Both the position numbers and the translations under genes were made by a program. 64,000 bases of DNA from Alphaproteobacteria bacterium (GTDB taxonomy: Bacteria > Pseudomonadota > Alphaproteobacteria > UBA11073), in assembly GCA_965246755.1 (NCBI GenBank), contig OZ251979.1:1665129-1729128 (forward strand). Reading direction: 5' to 3'. The notes beneath the pieces are model-generated. The model was given only the letters and a program-made list of their open reading frames with translations. It was not told the DNA's origin and did no database searches. Positions 41,059-50,643 of the stretch are shown piece by piece (position 1 is the first letter of the stretch; each line of letters starts with the position of its first letter).

Positions 41059-42090
41059 ATGACCCAAAATTTTATGACTGATATTGCCGTGATCGGCGCC
41101 GGACCCGCCGGGTTATTCACGGTGTTTCAGGCGGGGATGTTGGGCCTGACCTGCCAGGTGATTGACAGTCTGGAAGGCATCGGCGGCCAATGTGCGGCGT
41201 TGTATCCTGAAAAACCGATTTATGACATTCCCGGTTTTCCAGCCGTCATGGGCGGTGAACTGATTGAACAATTATCCGCCCAAGCCGCCCCCTTTTCCCC
41301 GACTTATCATCTGGGGCAACAGGTGGTGGAACTGGCGCGCAATACCGGTCAGACATTTACGCTGGTGACCGATAAAGAACACCGCATCACCGCACGGGTG
41401 ATCATCATTGCCGCGGGCGGCGGTGCCTTCGGTCCCAACCGCCCGCCGCTGGATGGTATCGAAAATTATGAAGGCACCTCCGTGCATTACATGGTCAAAC
41501 GTCGCCAGGATTATACCGATAAAAATATAGTGATCGCCGGCGGCGGTGACAGCGCGGTGGACTGGGCCATCTCACTCGCCGAAGTGGCAAACAAAATTTA
41601 TGTGGTGCATCGGCGCGATAAATTTCGCGCCGCGGCGGACAGTTTAAAAAAATTGCAGGCGCTGCATGACAGCGGTACCATCGAGCTGGTGGTGCCCTAT
41701 CAGTTAAAGGCCTTAAGCGGTGCCGATCAACAATTGCAGACTGTAACGGTGGAAACTTTGGATGGTGAGGTGCGCGCCCTGCCCGCCGATTACCTGCTGG
41801 CCTTCTTCGGCTTATCCATGGAATTGGGGCCAATCGCCAATTGGGGATTGAATCTTACACGCAACCATATCACGATTGACCCCACGACCTGCCGCACCTC
41901 GGAACCCGGCATTTATGCAGTCGGCGATATAGCAACCTATGAACACAAACTGAAACTTATCCTGTGTGGTTTTTCTGAGGCCGCGATTGCGGTGCATGAT
42001 GCGCGCAAATATATGAACCCCGGCGTTGATTATCATTTTGAATATTCAACAAGTAAGGGTGTGCCGGGTGAAGAGAAAGCGGCGGCCTAG
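41059..42090 (+). CDS. Thioredoxin-reductase-type ferredoxin-NADP+ reductase
   Basis: 'GAGPAG', 'GGQC.ALYPEKPIYDIP', 'GGGDSAVDW', 'HRR..FRA', 'KLKLIL.GF.EA'; no CxxC. Confidence 0.9.
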   Translation: MTQNFMTDIAVIGAGPAGLFTVFQAGMLGLTCQVIDSLEGIGGQCAALYPEKPIYDIPGFPAVMGGELIEQLSAQAAPFSPTYHLGQQVVELARNTGQTFTLVTDKEHRITARVIIIAAGGGAFGPNRPPLDGIENYEGTSVHYMVKRRQDYTDKNIVIAGGGDSAVDWAISLAEVANKIYVVHRRDKFRAAADSLKKLQALHDSGTIELVVPYQLKALSGADQQLQTVTVETLDGEVRALPADYLLAFFGLSMELGPIANWGLNLTRNHITIDPTTCRTSEPGIYAVGDIATYEHKLKLILCGFSEAAIAVHDARKYMNPGVDYHFEYSTSKGVPGEEKAAA

Positions 42091-43955
42091 GCCGCGTCGG
42101 GAATCCAACAGCTGACCATCGTGCCGTAACCGGCGCCTTCTTCAATCCGCACATCTCCGCCATGCATTTCAGTGAAGCGTTTGACGAGTACCAGTTCCAA
42201 CCCCTGGTCGGCATTGCGGCGGGTGGATTGCTGGCTGAAGGGTTCAAACAATGCCGCGCGTTCGGCGGCGGTGATGCCCGCCCCCTGGTCAAACACCTGA
42301 AACTCAATACCGGGTTTGGCGTCTTTTTCAACCTTTACTGCGCGCATGGTGACGAGGCCACCCGCCGGCGAATGGCGCATCGCATTCGATAACAGCCCCA
42401 GAATAATTTGTTTCAAGCGTTTGGCATCCGCATTCAACATGCCGACCTGCGACGTAAAGTCACAGCGGAAGCGGAGGCCATGCTGCACCGACATGGTTTC
42501 GCCGAACAATTGCATATCTTTCAGCAGCTCATGCACGTCAAACGATTTTTTCTCCAGGCTGACATAACCCGCCTGGATGCTGCTGAGTTCCAGCAGATTG
42601 TCAATCAGCGCGAGCAAACTATGTGACGCGTCAAAAATATTCTGGATATAATCCTGCTGGCGCTGGGTTAATTGTTCGACATCCAACAGTTTCAATAATT
42701 CGGTAAAACCCATAATCGCGCTGAGCGGCGTGCGCAACTGATAGGACACGTTCATCAAAAATTCGGATTTCAAAAAGTCTGCTGCGGTTAGCGCCGCGGC
42801 TTTTTCCTGTAGCGCCGCCGCCACCCGCGTCGAGTCTGTCACATCCATAAAGCGGGTTAGCGTCGCACCATCGGGCAGCGCGATTGACGCAAAATCAATA
42901 GTGCGGCTATCTTCCAGCATCAACCGCTGTTCTGTATCCTGGCGGTCCAACACCGCATCGAGCAAGACGCCGGATAATTGCAGCCACGCCCCAGCTGTAA
43001 AGTGACGCTGATAAATCACCGCCAGATCATTAACATGCGGCGCGGTTTGCAACACATCGGTCGATACCTGCCACATTTCAGCAAAGGCCGGGTTCCATAA
43101 CTTCAAACGACCGTCACCGCCGATCAGCGCCACCGCCTCCTTCATATTGTCCAGTGTTTCGCCTTGCACCGCAATCAAGGTATTGAAGGAGGACTCCAAC
43201 ACCAGCCGGTCGGTAATATCTTCAAAGGTGAAAAGCAGGCCGCCCGCCGGATGCGGCACCACGCGCATGCGCAGGGTTTTGCCATCGGGCAGGTGCAGCA
43301 GTTCTTCATGCGGGGATAACAATTCCGTAAACCAGTTTTGCCAACCCTGTTTAAAGCTGCGAAAATCCGCCTGTTCGGGCAATTTGCGCTTGCCGCGCAA
43401 TTCTTCCAGCACCTGCGAAAACTTGGGATTGGTTTTCAGCCATTCTTCATCAAGGCCTGTGAGGCCCAGATAGGCTTCATTAAAAAACCGGACGGTGCCG
43501 TCATTATTAAAAATGATGATGGCGGTCGCCAGTTTTTGCAGCACGTCAATTTGGGTATTACGCGCGCGTTGCAATTCATCCTGCAATTCTTCCAAAACGG
43601 TGCGGTCAACCGCATGCCCCAACAGCGTGCCATCCGGCAGCGGCTTTTCCGTCACTTCCATCAGGCGGCGCGCGCCATTGATAACAGTATGCTGCTCGGC
43701 AATTTGCAGGCTGTGGGTATTTTGCGCGGCGGTGGCCAGGTTGCGGCCCGTCGGGTCACGGCCGCCGGCGAACAGTTCGATTTGCCTGGTTAAGATATCC
43801 TGCTGGCTGCTGCCGATTGCGGTCGCATAGGCATCATTGACCCATAGCAGGTTAAGATTTTTGTCGCGTCGCCAAATAGGATACGGCAAATAGTCGCCCA
43901 TATCCGTTGCGGCAGTGCCGATATGCGATGGCAATAACTTGGCAAAAAGATTCAT
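42087..43955 (-). CDS. divL: PAS-domain pseudo-histidine kinase DivL
   Basis: Multiple PAS domains; H-box with Tyr 'NVSYQLRTPL'; degenerate G2 box; next to ahcY and tsaE. Confidence 0.82.
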   Translation of the reverse strand: MNLFAKLLPSHIGTAATDMGDYLPYPIWRRDKNLNLLWVNDAYATAIGSSQQDILTRQIELFAGGRDPTGRNLATAAQNTHSLQIAEQHTVINGARRLMEVTEKPLPDGTLLGHAVDRTVLEELQDELQRARNTQIDVLQKLATAIIIFNNDGTVRFFNEAYLGLTGLDEEWLKTNPKFSQVLEELRGKRKLPEQADFRSFKQGWQNWFTELLSPHEELLHLPDGKTLRMRVVPHPAGGLLFTFEDITDRLVLESSFNTLIAVQGETLDNMKEAVALIGGDGRLKLWNPAFAEMWQVSTDVLQTAPHVNDLAVIYQRHFTAGAWLQLSGVLLDAVLDRQDTEQRLMLEDSRTIDFASIALPDGATLTRFMDVTDSTRVAAALQEKAAALTAADFLKSEFLMNVSYQLRTPLSAIMGFTELLKLLDVEQLTQRQQDYIQNIFDASHSLLALIDNLLELSSIQAGYVSLEKKSFDVHELLKDMQLFGETMSVQHGLRFRCDFTSQVGMLNADAKRLKQIILGLLSNAMRHSPAGGLVTMRAVKVEKDAKPGIEFQVFDQGAGITAAERAALFEPFSQQSTRRNADQGLELVLVKRFTEMHGGDVRIEEGAGYGTMVSCWIPDAA

Positions 43956-43962
43956 GACGGCA

Positions 43963-43990
43963 ACTATACGTCAGCCACCGTCATGCGCAA
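43963..43990 (-). promoter_or_regulatory. Sigma70-like promoter of divL (probably leaderless transcript)
   Basis: TTGCGC-N16-TATAGT, 7 nt before ATG; no SD. Confidence 0.5.
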
Positions 43991-43996
43991 AGCTGT

Positions 43997-45322
43997 CTAG
44001 TAACGGTACAATTCCGGTTTATACGGACCGGTTACCGGCACACTGATATAGTCCGCCTGCTCTTTGGACAGCTCCGTCAGCACCACACCTAATTTTTCCA
44101 GATGCAGGCGCGCGACTTTTTCATCCAGCGCTTTTGGCAATACATAAACCTGATTTTGGTATTTGCCGGGTGCGGCCTCCCACAATTCAATTTGCGCCAA
44201 CACCTGATTGGTAAAGGACGCGCTCATGACAAAACTGGGATGACCGGTTGCGCAACCCAGATTTACCAAGCGGCCTTCCGCCAGCAAGATAATGCGCTTG
44301 CCATCCGGGAATTCAACCTCATCGACTTGCGGCTTTACATTATGCCATTTCATGTTGCGCAAATGCTCAACCTGAATTTCGTTATCGAAATGGCCGATGT
44401 TGCAGACAATCGCGCGGTCTTTCATCGCCCGCATATGGTCTAGCGTAATCACATCCTTGTTACCAGTGGTGGTGACGAAAATATCGGCAATGCCGACGAC
44501 ATCTTCCACACGTTTGACTTCATACCCGCTCATCGCCGCCTGCAACGCGCAAATCGGGTCAACTTCGGTAACGATGACGCGCGCCCCCTGGCTCTGTAAC
44601 GAGGCGGCGGAGCCCTTACCAACATCGCCGTAACCGCAGACCACAGCAACCTTGCCAGCAATCATCACATCGGTTGCGCGCTTGATACCATCAACCAGGC
44701 TTTCGCGGCAGCCATACAGATTATCAAATTTGGATTTGGTCACACTGTCATTGACATTGATGGCTGGCACCGCGAGCGTTCCGGCGCGCATCATCTCAAC
44801 CAGGCGATGCACGCCGGTCGTGGTTTCTTCCGACACGCCTTTGATGTTTTTCATCAGCTGCGGATATTTATCATGCATGTGCTTGGTCAAATCGCCGCCA
44901 TCGTCGAGCAGCAAATTCGGCTCCCAGCCATTGGGGCCGGTAATGGTCTGTTCAATACACCACCAATATTCCTCTTCCGTTTCACCCTTCCAGGCAAACA
45001 CCGGCACGCCCGCCGCGGCAACAGCAGACGCGGCATGGTCCTGCGTTGAGAAAATATTGCAGGACGACCAGCGCACCGAGGCGCCAAGGTCGATCAAGGT
45101 TTCAATCAACACTGCGGTTTGAATCGTCATATGCAGGCAGCCGATGATTCGCGCGCCTTTTAACGGCGCCTTGCCCTTATATTCGCGGCGCAGCGCCATG
45201 AGACCGGGCATTTCGGTTTCCGCAATCGTGATTTCCTTGCGGCCCCAATCAGCCAGTGCAATATCCGCAACTTTAAAATCTTGTGCTGTCGTCTGTTTGG
45301 TTTGTAATGCGGCCTGTGCCAT
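43997..45322 (-). CDS. ahcY: Adenosylhomocysteinase
   Basis: 'SCNIFSTQD', 'EETTTG', 'KSKFDN', 'GYGDVGKG', 'GHPSFVMS'. Confidence 0.98.
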   Translation of the reverse strand: MAQAALQTKQTTAQDFKVADIALADWGRKEITIAETEMPGLMALRREYKGKAPLKGARIIGCLHMTIQTAVLIETLIDLGASVRWSSCNIFSTQDHAASAVAAAGVPVFAWKGETEEEYWWCIEQTITGPNGWEPNLLLDDGGDLTKHMHDKYPQLMKNIKGVSEETTTGVHRLVEMMRAGTLAVPAINVNDSVTKSKFDNLYGCRESLVDGIKRATDVMIAGKVAVVCGYGDVGKGSAASLQSQGARVIVTEVDPICALQAAMSGYEVKRVEDVVGIADIFVTTTGNKDVITLDHMRAMKDRAIVCNIGHFDNEIQVEHLRNMKWHNVKPQVDEVEFPDGKRIILLAEGRLVNLGCATGHPSFVMSASFTNQVLAQIELWEAAPGKYQNQVYVLPKALDEKVARLHLEKLGVVLTELSKEQADYISVPVTGPYKPELYRY

Positions 45323-45389
45323 GTTTTATCCCCGTGAATTTAGCGGTTTGGATATCAGCATGTTGGGGCGAGAACAAGTCCCAATGGCA

Positions 45390-45674
45390 TTATTCATCTT
45401 CCTCAAACCGCCGTGCACAGAGTGCCTTAAGCGCCTCCACCGCGGCTTCGGCGTCGCTGCCTTCGGCTGAGATGGCAATTTGCGTGCCTTGTGACGCGGC
45501 CAGCATCATCAGCCCCATGATCGAGCGGCCCGGCACCTTCATATCGCCTTTTTCCACCTGAATATCGCATTCATACTGGTTCGACAATTTGACGAATTTT
45601 GCCGCAGCGCGGGCATGCAACCCACGCTTGTTGATGATATCGGCATGGCCGATGACGTGGAGTGCGGTGGTCAT
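45390..45674 (-). CDS. ptsH: HPr/NPr-family phosphocarrier
   Basis: 'NKRGLHARAAAKFV', 'SIMGLMML'. Confidence 0.9.
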   Translation of the reverse strand: MTTALHVIGHADIINKRGLHARAAAKFVKLSNQYECDIQVEKGDMKVPGRSIMGLMMLAASQGTQIAISAEGSDAEAAVEALKALCARRFEEDE

Positions 45675-45692
45675 GATGAGTCTACGACTTTT

Positions 45693-45713
45693 CCTCTCCC
45701 CTGGCGGGAGAGG
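45693..45713. repeat. REP-like hairpin
   Basis: CCTCTCCC-CTGGC-GGGAGAGG between EIIA and HPr. Confidence 0.6.
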
Positions 45714-45738
45714 GACCGACAGCGCTTGCAATTAACAT

Positions 45739-46143
45739 TCAACCATCCTTCAGAAATTCGCTGGCAACATTAATGTATTTGCGGCCCGCGTCACACGTTT
45801 GCTGCACCGCCTCCGCCAGCGTGGCCGTTTTACGCACGGTCGCGAGTTTCAGCAACATAGGTAAATTCAAGCCGGCGATAACTTCTAAATCTTGATACTG
45901 CTCCAACAATGAAATCGCCAGATTGGATGGCGTGCCACCAAACAGGTCAGTGAGGATAATGACGCCCGCGCCCTGCTCCACCACTGTCACCGCGGCGATG
46001 ATATCCGCGCGGCGCCGTTCCATGTCATCATGGGGACCAATGGCAACCGTTGCCACCGCCATTTGCGGCCCCATGATATGCTGCATCGCCCCTAAAAATT
46101 CCTGGGCCAGATTGCCGTGGGTGACAAGAACGAGACCGATCAT
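45739..46143 (-). CDS. PTS EIIA (mannose-type)
   Basis: 'LVLVTHG', 'TDLFGGTPSN', 'GLNLPML'. Confidence 0.93.
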   Translation of the reverse strand: MIGLVLVTHGNLAQEFLGAMQHIMGPQMAVATVAIGPHDDMERRRADIIAAVTVVEQGAGVIILTDLFGGTPSNLAISLLEQYQDLEVIAGLNLPMLLKLATVRKTATLAEAVQQTCDAGRKYINVASEFLKDG

Positions 46144-46187
46144 ACTAGTTGTTTACAGATATAATAAATAGGAGGCGAGTGGCTTTA

Positions 46188-46793
46188 TTATATATCATTA
46201 TTTTGGCTTATAAATTGTTCAAAAGCCGGTTCATCAATAATAATAAGAGCATCATTGTAAAATCTGTTATTGTTGTATGTCCTGTAACAAGTGTAGAGAA
46301 GTTCTTTATCAATAAATGAGATATCTTGTTCGCTATTAAAGTAAAATTGTTTATGGCTAATCAAAGAATTATTTTCGGTTAATTCAATTCCATTACCAGA
46401 TAAATTTCTAAGGTAATTAGAAAAATAAACGTTTACTTTTTTACCCCGCGTTAAAATATCCGCTTTGCGCCAACTATTATAATAACCGCTTAAAAACATG
46501 ATAATCGCCATTACACAAAATGCACAATAAAAGTAAGCTAAAATGTGCTGGCCATATCTTGGTGGCCATACCAAATCGCTAAATTTAAGTCTATAATGAA
46601 AATTAGAATGTATAAAAAAGTAACGCACTCCATATAAAAATACTAAATATCCAAGACACGGTAGCAGTAGGTTTTGCAGCCAATAATTAAAAAAATTAAT
46701 TTGGTATGGCGGTAATGCAAAATTTGTTATGGCAACAATCTTGCCCGAATTATTTTTAATAATGCCACCAGAGTTAAGAAAACTAAGTCTCAT
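46188..46793 (-). CDS. Very AT-rich orphan membrane protein (2 TM) inside the PTS operon
   Basis: 201-aa ORF whose ATG overlaps the rapZ stop; aromatic/Asn-rich. Confidence 0.6.
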   Translation of the reverse strand: MRLSFLNSGGIIKNNSGKIVAITNFALPPYQINFFNYWLQNLLLPCLGYLVFLYGVRYFFIHSNFHYRLKFSDLVWPPRYGQHILAYFYCAFCVMAIIMFLSGYYNSWRKADILTRGKKVNVYFSNYLRNLSGNGIELTENNSLISHKQFYFNSEQDISFIDKELLYTCYRTYNNNRFYNDALIIIDEPAFEQFISQNNDI

Positions 46794-47668
46794 GATTTTC
46801 TCTCCAACTCACGATGTATCAATCGCGCACTATAACCTTGCGTCTCTAGCCAAAAGGCTAAATCCTCTGCCACCGTCACCGAACGATGCTGGCCGCCGGT
46901 ACAGCCGATAGCGATGGTCAGATAACTTTTGCCCTCCTGCTGATAACGCGGCAGCAGTGGCTTTAATAAGGTCGTCAGTTGTTTGATAAAGACCGGGTAA
47001 TGCGCGTCCGCTTTGACGTAATCCTGCACCGCCTGATCGAGACCGGTTTTATCCTTGAGCTTTGCCACATAATGCGGGTTTTGCAAAAACCGCGCATCAA
47101 ATACGAGATCCGCTTCACGTGGAATCCCGTAACGATAGGCAAACGATTGCACAAAAATCTGTAATTTAGCGATTGTACCTACAGCAAAATGTCCCTGCAC
47201 CAGTTTGCGCAAATTGGCGGCGATCAAGTCAGAACTATCAATCGTTTGGTCCGCGGCGGCACGCAGCGGCGCGAGCAGCGTGCGTTCGCGTGCAATGCCA
47301 TCCTTGACCGGGCGGCCCTGCGCGGACGGATGCGGGCGGCGCGACTCCGTATAGCGGCGGATCAACACATCATCTGCACAATCAATAAACAACAGGGTTA
47401 CTTTAAACCGTTTGTTCTTTTGCAAATTTGCATAATGCTGCAAAACCGCTTGGGCCGCAAAATCACGCGCCCGCGCGTCAAGCCCCAACGCGATTGGTGC
47501 GGCAGTTGCAACATTTTGCAGTAAAAACGGCTCGATCATCCGCAGTGGCAGGTTATCAACCGTATCGTAACCGATATCTTCCAACGCTTTGAGCGCGGTT
47601 GACAAACCGGCACCCGACAGGCCGGTCACCAAAACGACAGGTTGCGCAACAGGCGATGATTTTTTCAT
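46790..47668 (-). CDS. rapZ: RNase adapter RapZ
   Basis: 'TGLSGAG', 'DNLP', 'DARFL.NP.Y', 'GCTGGQHRSV'. Confidence 0.95.
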   Translation of the reverse strand: MKKSSPVAQPVVLVTGLSGAGLSTALKALEDIGYDTVDNLPLRMIEPFLLQNVATAAPIALGLDARARDFAAQAVLQHYANLQKNKRFKVTLLFIDCADDVLIRRYTESRRPHPSAQGRPVKDGIARERTLLAPLRAAADQTIDSSDLIAANLRKLVQGHFAVGTIAKLQIFVQSFAYRYGIPREADLVFDARFLQNPHYVAKLKDKTGLDQAVQDYVKADAHYPVFIKQLTTLLKPLLPRYQQEGKSYLTIAIGCTGGQHRSVTVAEDLAFWLETQGYSARLIHRELERKS

Positions 47669-48102
47669 GATAGACCACCAGCATAATGTGTTTGCCGCAC
47701 GGCAGCCAGCAGCATTTGTAATTTCACCCCGGCGTTGATATCAAACGGTGCCAAGTGATATAGCGGCATGGTAACACCACAAGCGTCATATGTCTGTGGT
47801 TCGGCCAACCGCGGCACGGTGGCAATGCCCATCAGCTGCACAGCCATTTTCAGCGGCGCTATACGCAAGTACGGCATGCGGATAATATCATGCTGGCGCA
47901 CTTCCAGCAGGCCTGCCAACATGGCGGGCGGCGCGGCCGTGGGTTGACCGTTTTGCAATGTTAGCAAAACGCGGTCGTCGGCGACCAGCATGGCGCCCTG
48001 CCCGATTGCCGCCAGCGCCAGATGGGATTTACCGCTGCCGCTGCCACCCAACAGCAAAATTCCCGCGCGGTTGAAAGCGATACAGCTGGCATGAATGGTC
48101 AT
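47665..48102 (-). CDS. hprK: HPr kinase/phosphorylase (short alphaproteobacterial form)
   Basis: 'HASC', 'GGSGSGKS', 'LVADDRV', 'GLLEVR'. Confidence 0.88.
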   Translation of the reverse strand: MTIHASCIAFNRAGILLLGGSGSGKSHLALAAIGQGAMLVADDRVLLTLQNGQPTAAPPAMLAGLLEVRQHDIIRMPYLRIAPLKMAVQLMGIATVPRLAEPQTYDACGVTMPLYHLAPFDINAGVKLQMLLAAVRQTHYAGGLS

Positions 48103-48103
48103 C

Positions 48104-49726
48104 TTATTTTACGGCCGGACGCAGCGGTTTGGCGGCGCCCTGGTTTTTCGGCAGCTGCACCACGAACCGCGCGCCTACCACCTGTCCATTATGCATGCGG
48201 TTTTCTGCGCTGATGGTACCGCCATAGTTTTCCAAAATCTGCTTAGCAATGGCGAGACCTAAACCGGAATGGGTGCCAAACTGCTTAACATCGGGACGTT
48301 CCGTATAAAAACGGTCGAAAATTTTATCAAGCTTGTTGGGCGGCAGGCCCGGCCCGTCGTCTTCAACGCTGATTTCAATCAAAGCGGCCAGCGGTTGCAG
48401 TGTAACTGTCACCGTGCCATGCGGCGGCGAAAATGACAAGGCATTATCCAGCAGATTACCCAACACCTGCTCCAGCCGCGACGCCGCCGCCTGGGTATAC
48501 AATGTCGTGGCGCTATTATTACGGTAAATTATTTTTATGGCAGTGGTTTTGGTGATGACTTGATGATGATGGCTTACCACTTGTTGGACCAGGTCATTGA
48601 TATTGACCCGTTCGCGCGGCGCTTCGGCCCGCGCCAGTTCCGCATCCAGCAGCGAATTGGCCGCAATGTCATTAATCAAGCGGTCCAACCGCTGCAGATC
48701 ATGCTGGATGATGCCCAGCAATTTATCACGCGCGGCCGGGTTATCCGCCACACGCGGCAGGGTTTCAAAGGCGCTGCGCAATGAGGTTAGCGGATTTTTC
48801 AGTTCATGCGCGACGTCCGCAGCAAAACTTTCAATAACATTCATGCGCGTCCTCAGCGCCTGCCACATCGCATTCAGTGCAACCGCCAGGCCGCCTACTT
48901 CATCGGGCCGCTGTTGATAAGGAATTTGCACGAGCGCGGTTGGCTGGGCGCGGATCTGCCGCGCCAGCACCGCCAGCCGTTGCAACGGCCAGGCGATATG
49001 CCACCCCAAATAGAGCGACAGTAATAAAGCCAGTCCCATACCGAAGCCGGCAATGATCAAAATTTCGGTGCGCGCGGTGCGCACCGCATCGGTAATGCGC
49101 GTGCCGGATTGCGTCAATAAAATTACCCCCTGTGCATGACCGTGGGCCGTAATTGGTGCCGCGGCGGTTAACACCAAGCCGCCGCAGCCATCTTGCCATA
49201 GCGTGCTGTTGGGCTGACCCTGCAAAGCCTGGGTGGCATCCGGGTTATCCAGTAACTTTTTGGACTGCGCATGCGGATACAACGGCAAAGATTCCTGGCG
49301 CGAGGTCCGCGACAAATATTCCAAAATTGAATTGAGGATATAATCGGTAACTGTCACGACGGATTTGGTGGCGCAATAATCGTGGCTCTGCACTTCGGTA
49401 TCGGCAATCAACTGATTGTTTTTATCAAACAGCTGCCCAGCAGCGCTGGTCGCGGCGATCAATGACGCCAGCGTTTGCTTAGCGTGGCCGTGGTCGACAT
49501 CTGTCAAATTCAGCGGCGTTTCCTGTGACAGCGCGGCGGCCAGCAAACGCGCTTCGGTCGATAGGGTCGCCAGATCCTGGTCGGCACGGCGATCCTGAAA
49601 CTGCGACAGATAATAAAGACTGGAAAAAATAATCAGAAAGCCAAGCAGATTGATCGCCAGCAGTCGCAGCCACAGCCGGGCGCTGGGCCGCTGATAGGTG
49701 GCAAAATCGTCAGCCTTGCGCATCAT
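48104..49726 (-). CDS. chvG: Sensor histidine kinase ChvG/ExoS
   Basis: 2 TM plus HAMP, 'ADVAHELKNPLTS', 'FDRFYTERP', 'HSGLGLAI'; conserved locus. Confidence 0.85.
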   Translation of the reverse strand: MMRKADDFATYQRPSARLWLRLLAINLLGFLIIFSSLYYLSQFQDRRADQDLATLSTEARLLAAALSQETPLNLTDVDHGHAKQTLASLIAATSAAGQLFDKNNQLIADTEVQSHDYCATKSVVTVTDYILNSILEYLSRTSRQESLPLYPHAQSKKLLDNPDATQALQGQPNSTLWQDGCGGLVLTAAAPITAHGHAQGVILLTQSGTRITDAVRTARTEILIIAGFGMGLALLLSLYLGWHIAWPLQRLAVLARQIRAQPTALVQIPYQQRPDEVGGLAVALNAMWQALRTRMNVIESFAADVAHELKNPLTSLRSAFETLPRVADNPAARDKLLGIIQHDLQRLDRLINDIAANSLLDAELARAEAPRERVNINDLVQQVVSHHHQVITKTTAIKIIYRNNSATTLYTQAAASRLEQVLGNLLDNALSFSPPHGTVTVTLQPLAALIEISVEDDGPGLPPNKLDKIFDRFYTERPDVKQFGTHSGLGLAIAKQILENYGGTISAENRMHNGQVVGARFVVQLPKNQGAAKPLRPAVK

Positions 49727-49737
49727 AACAAACGCGC

Positions 49738-50505
49738 TTATTCAGCATTATTTTGCCCGGATATCTGCTCGGCATGACTATTGCCGGGCGTATGTTCAGC
49801 ATAGCGGTATCCCGCACCGTATAGTGTTTGGATCATGTCAAAACTGACATCGATTTCACGGAATTTGCGGCGGATGCGTTTAATGTGACTGTCAATGATC
49901 CGGTCGTCGACATACATGCTGTCGCCATAGGCGGCTTTGATCATCTCGTCACGCGGATGCACGACACCGGGGTCGCGCACCAGACATTCCAGTAATAAAA
50001 ATTCCGTCACCGTCAATTGCACCGGCTGGTTTTTCCATTGGGTCAAATGCCGCTGCTTATCCAGTTTCAAATCTTTATAAGCAATAATGTCGGTAATACT
50101 GTTGGTCGGCTGCACCAGCTGTTCGCCCAGCTGCTGGCGGCGCAGCAAGGCCTTAATGCGGTGGATCAGCAGTGCCTGGGAAAAGGGTTTGGTGATGTAA
50201 TCATCAGCGCCGCGCGCAAAGCCCGACAACTGATCTTCCTCAGCATCCTTGGACGACAGGATAATCACCGGCACATAGGAATTCTGCCTAAGCCGCGACA
50301 GCGTTTCCAGCCCGTCCAGCCGCGGCATTTTGATATCCAGGATAATCAGGTCCGGTGACACGCCCGCCGTAATCCCCTCCAATGCTGCCAAGCCATCCTT
50401 GTATGTAGTGACGCTAAAATTCTCGGCTTCGAGCGCGATTTGCAGGGACGCCAGGATATTCTGGTCGTCATCAACGAGAATGATGTGCGGAGGAGTTTGA
50501 GTCAT
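49738..50505 (-). CDS. chvI: Response regulator ChvI
   Basis: 'LVDDDQNIL.S', 'LDIKMPRLDG', 'YVDDRIIDSHIKR.R.KF', 'TLYG.GY'. Confidence 0.9.
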   Translation of the reverse strand: MTQTPPHIILVDDDQNILASLQIALEAENFSVTTYKDGLAALEGITAGVSPDLIILDIKMPRLDGLETLSRLRQNSYVPVIILSSKDAEEDQLSGFARGADDYITKPFSQALLIHRIKALLRRQQLGEQLVQPTNSITDIIAYKDLKLDKQRHLTQWKNQPVQLTVTEFLLLECLVRDPGVVHPRDEMIKAAYGDSMYVDDRIIDSHIKRIRRKFREIDVSFDMIQTLYGAGYRYAEHTPGNSHAEQISGQNNAE

Positions 50506-50643
50506 GAAATTGTCATCATAAACTGGTAATTTAATTAATAAAGCCAGTCCGGAGCGCAGCTTATGGTGGAAAACAGCGTGATATTTGATAATATTATTGC
50601 TTAATTGCGCAAATAAAGATAATTTACCAATTAGAGTAGTTTA

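Noticed and set aside
45323-45389. SAH or SAM riboswitch before ahcY
   Set aside because: The 67-bp spacer lacks the GAGGAGCG...AGGC core and has room for little beyond a promoter and RBS.
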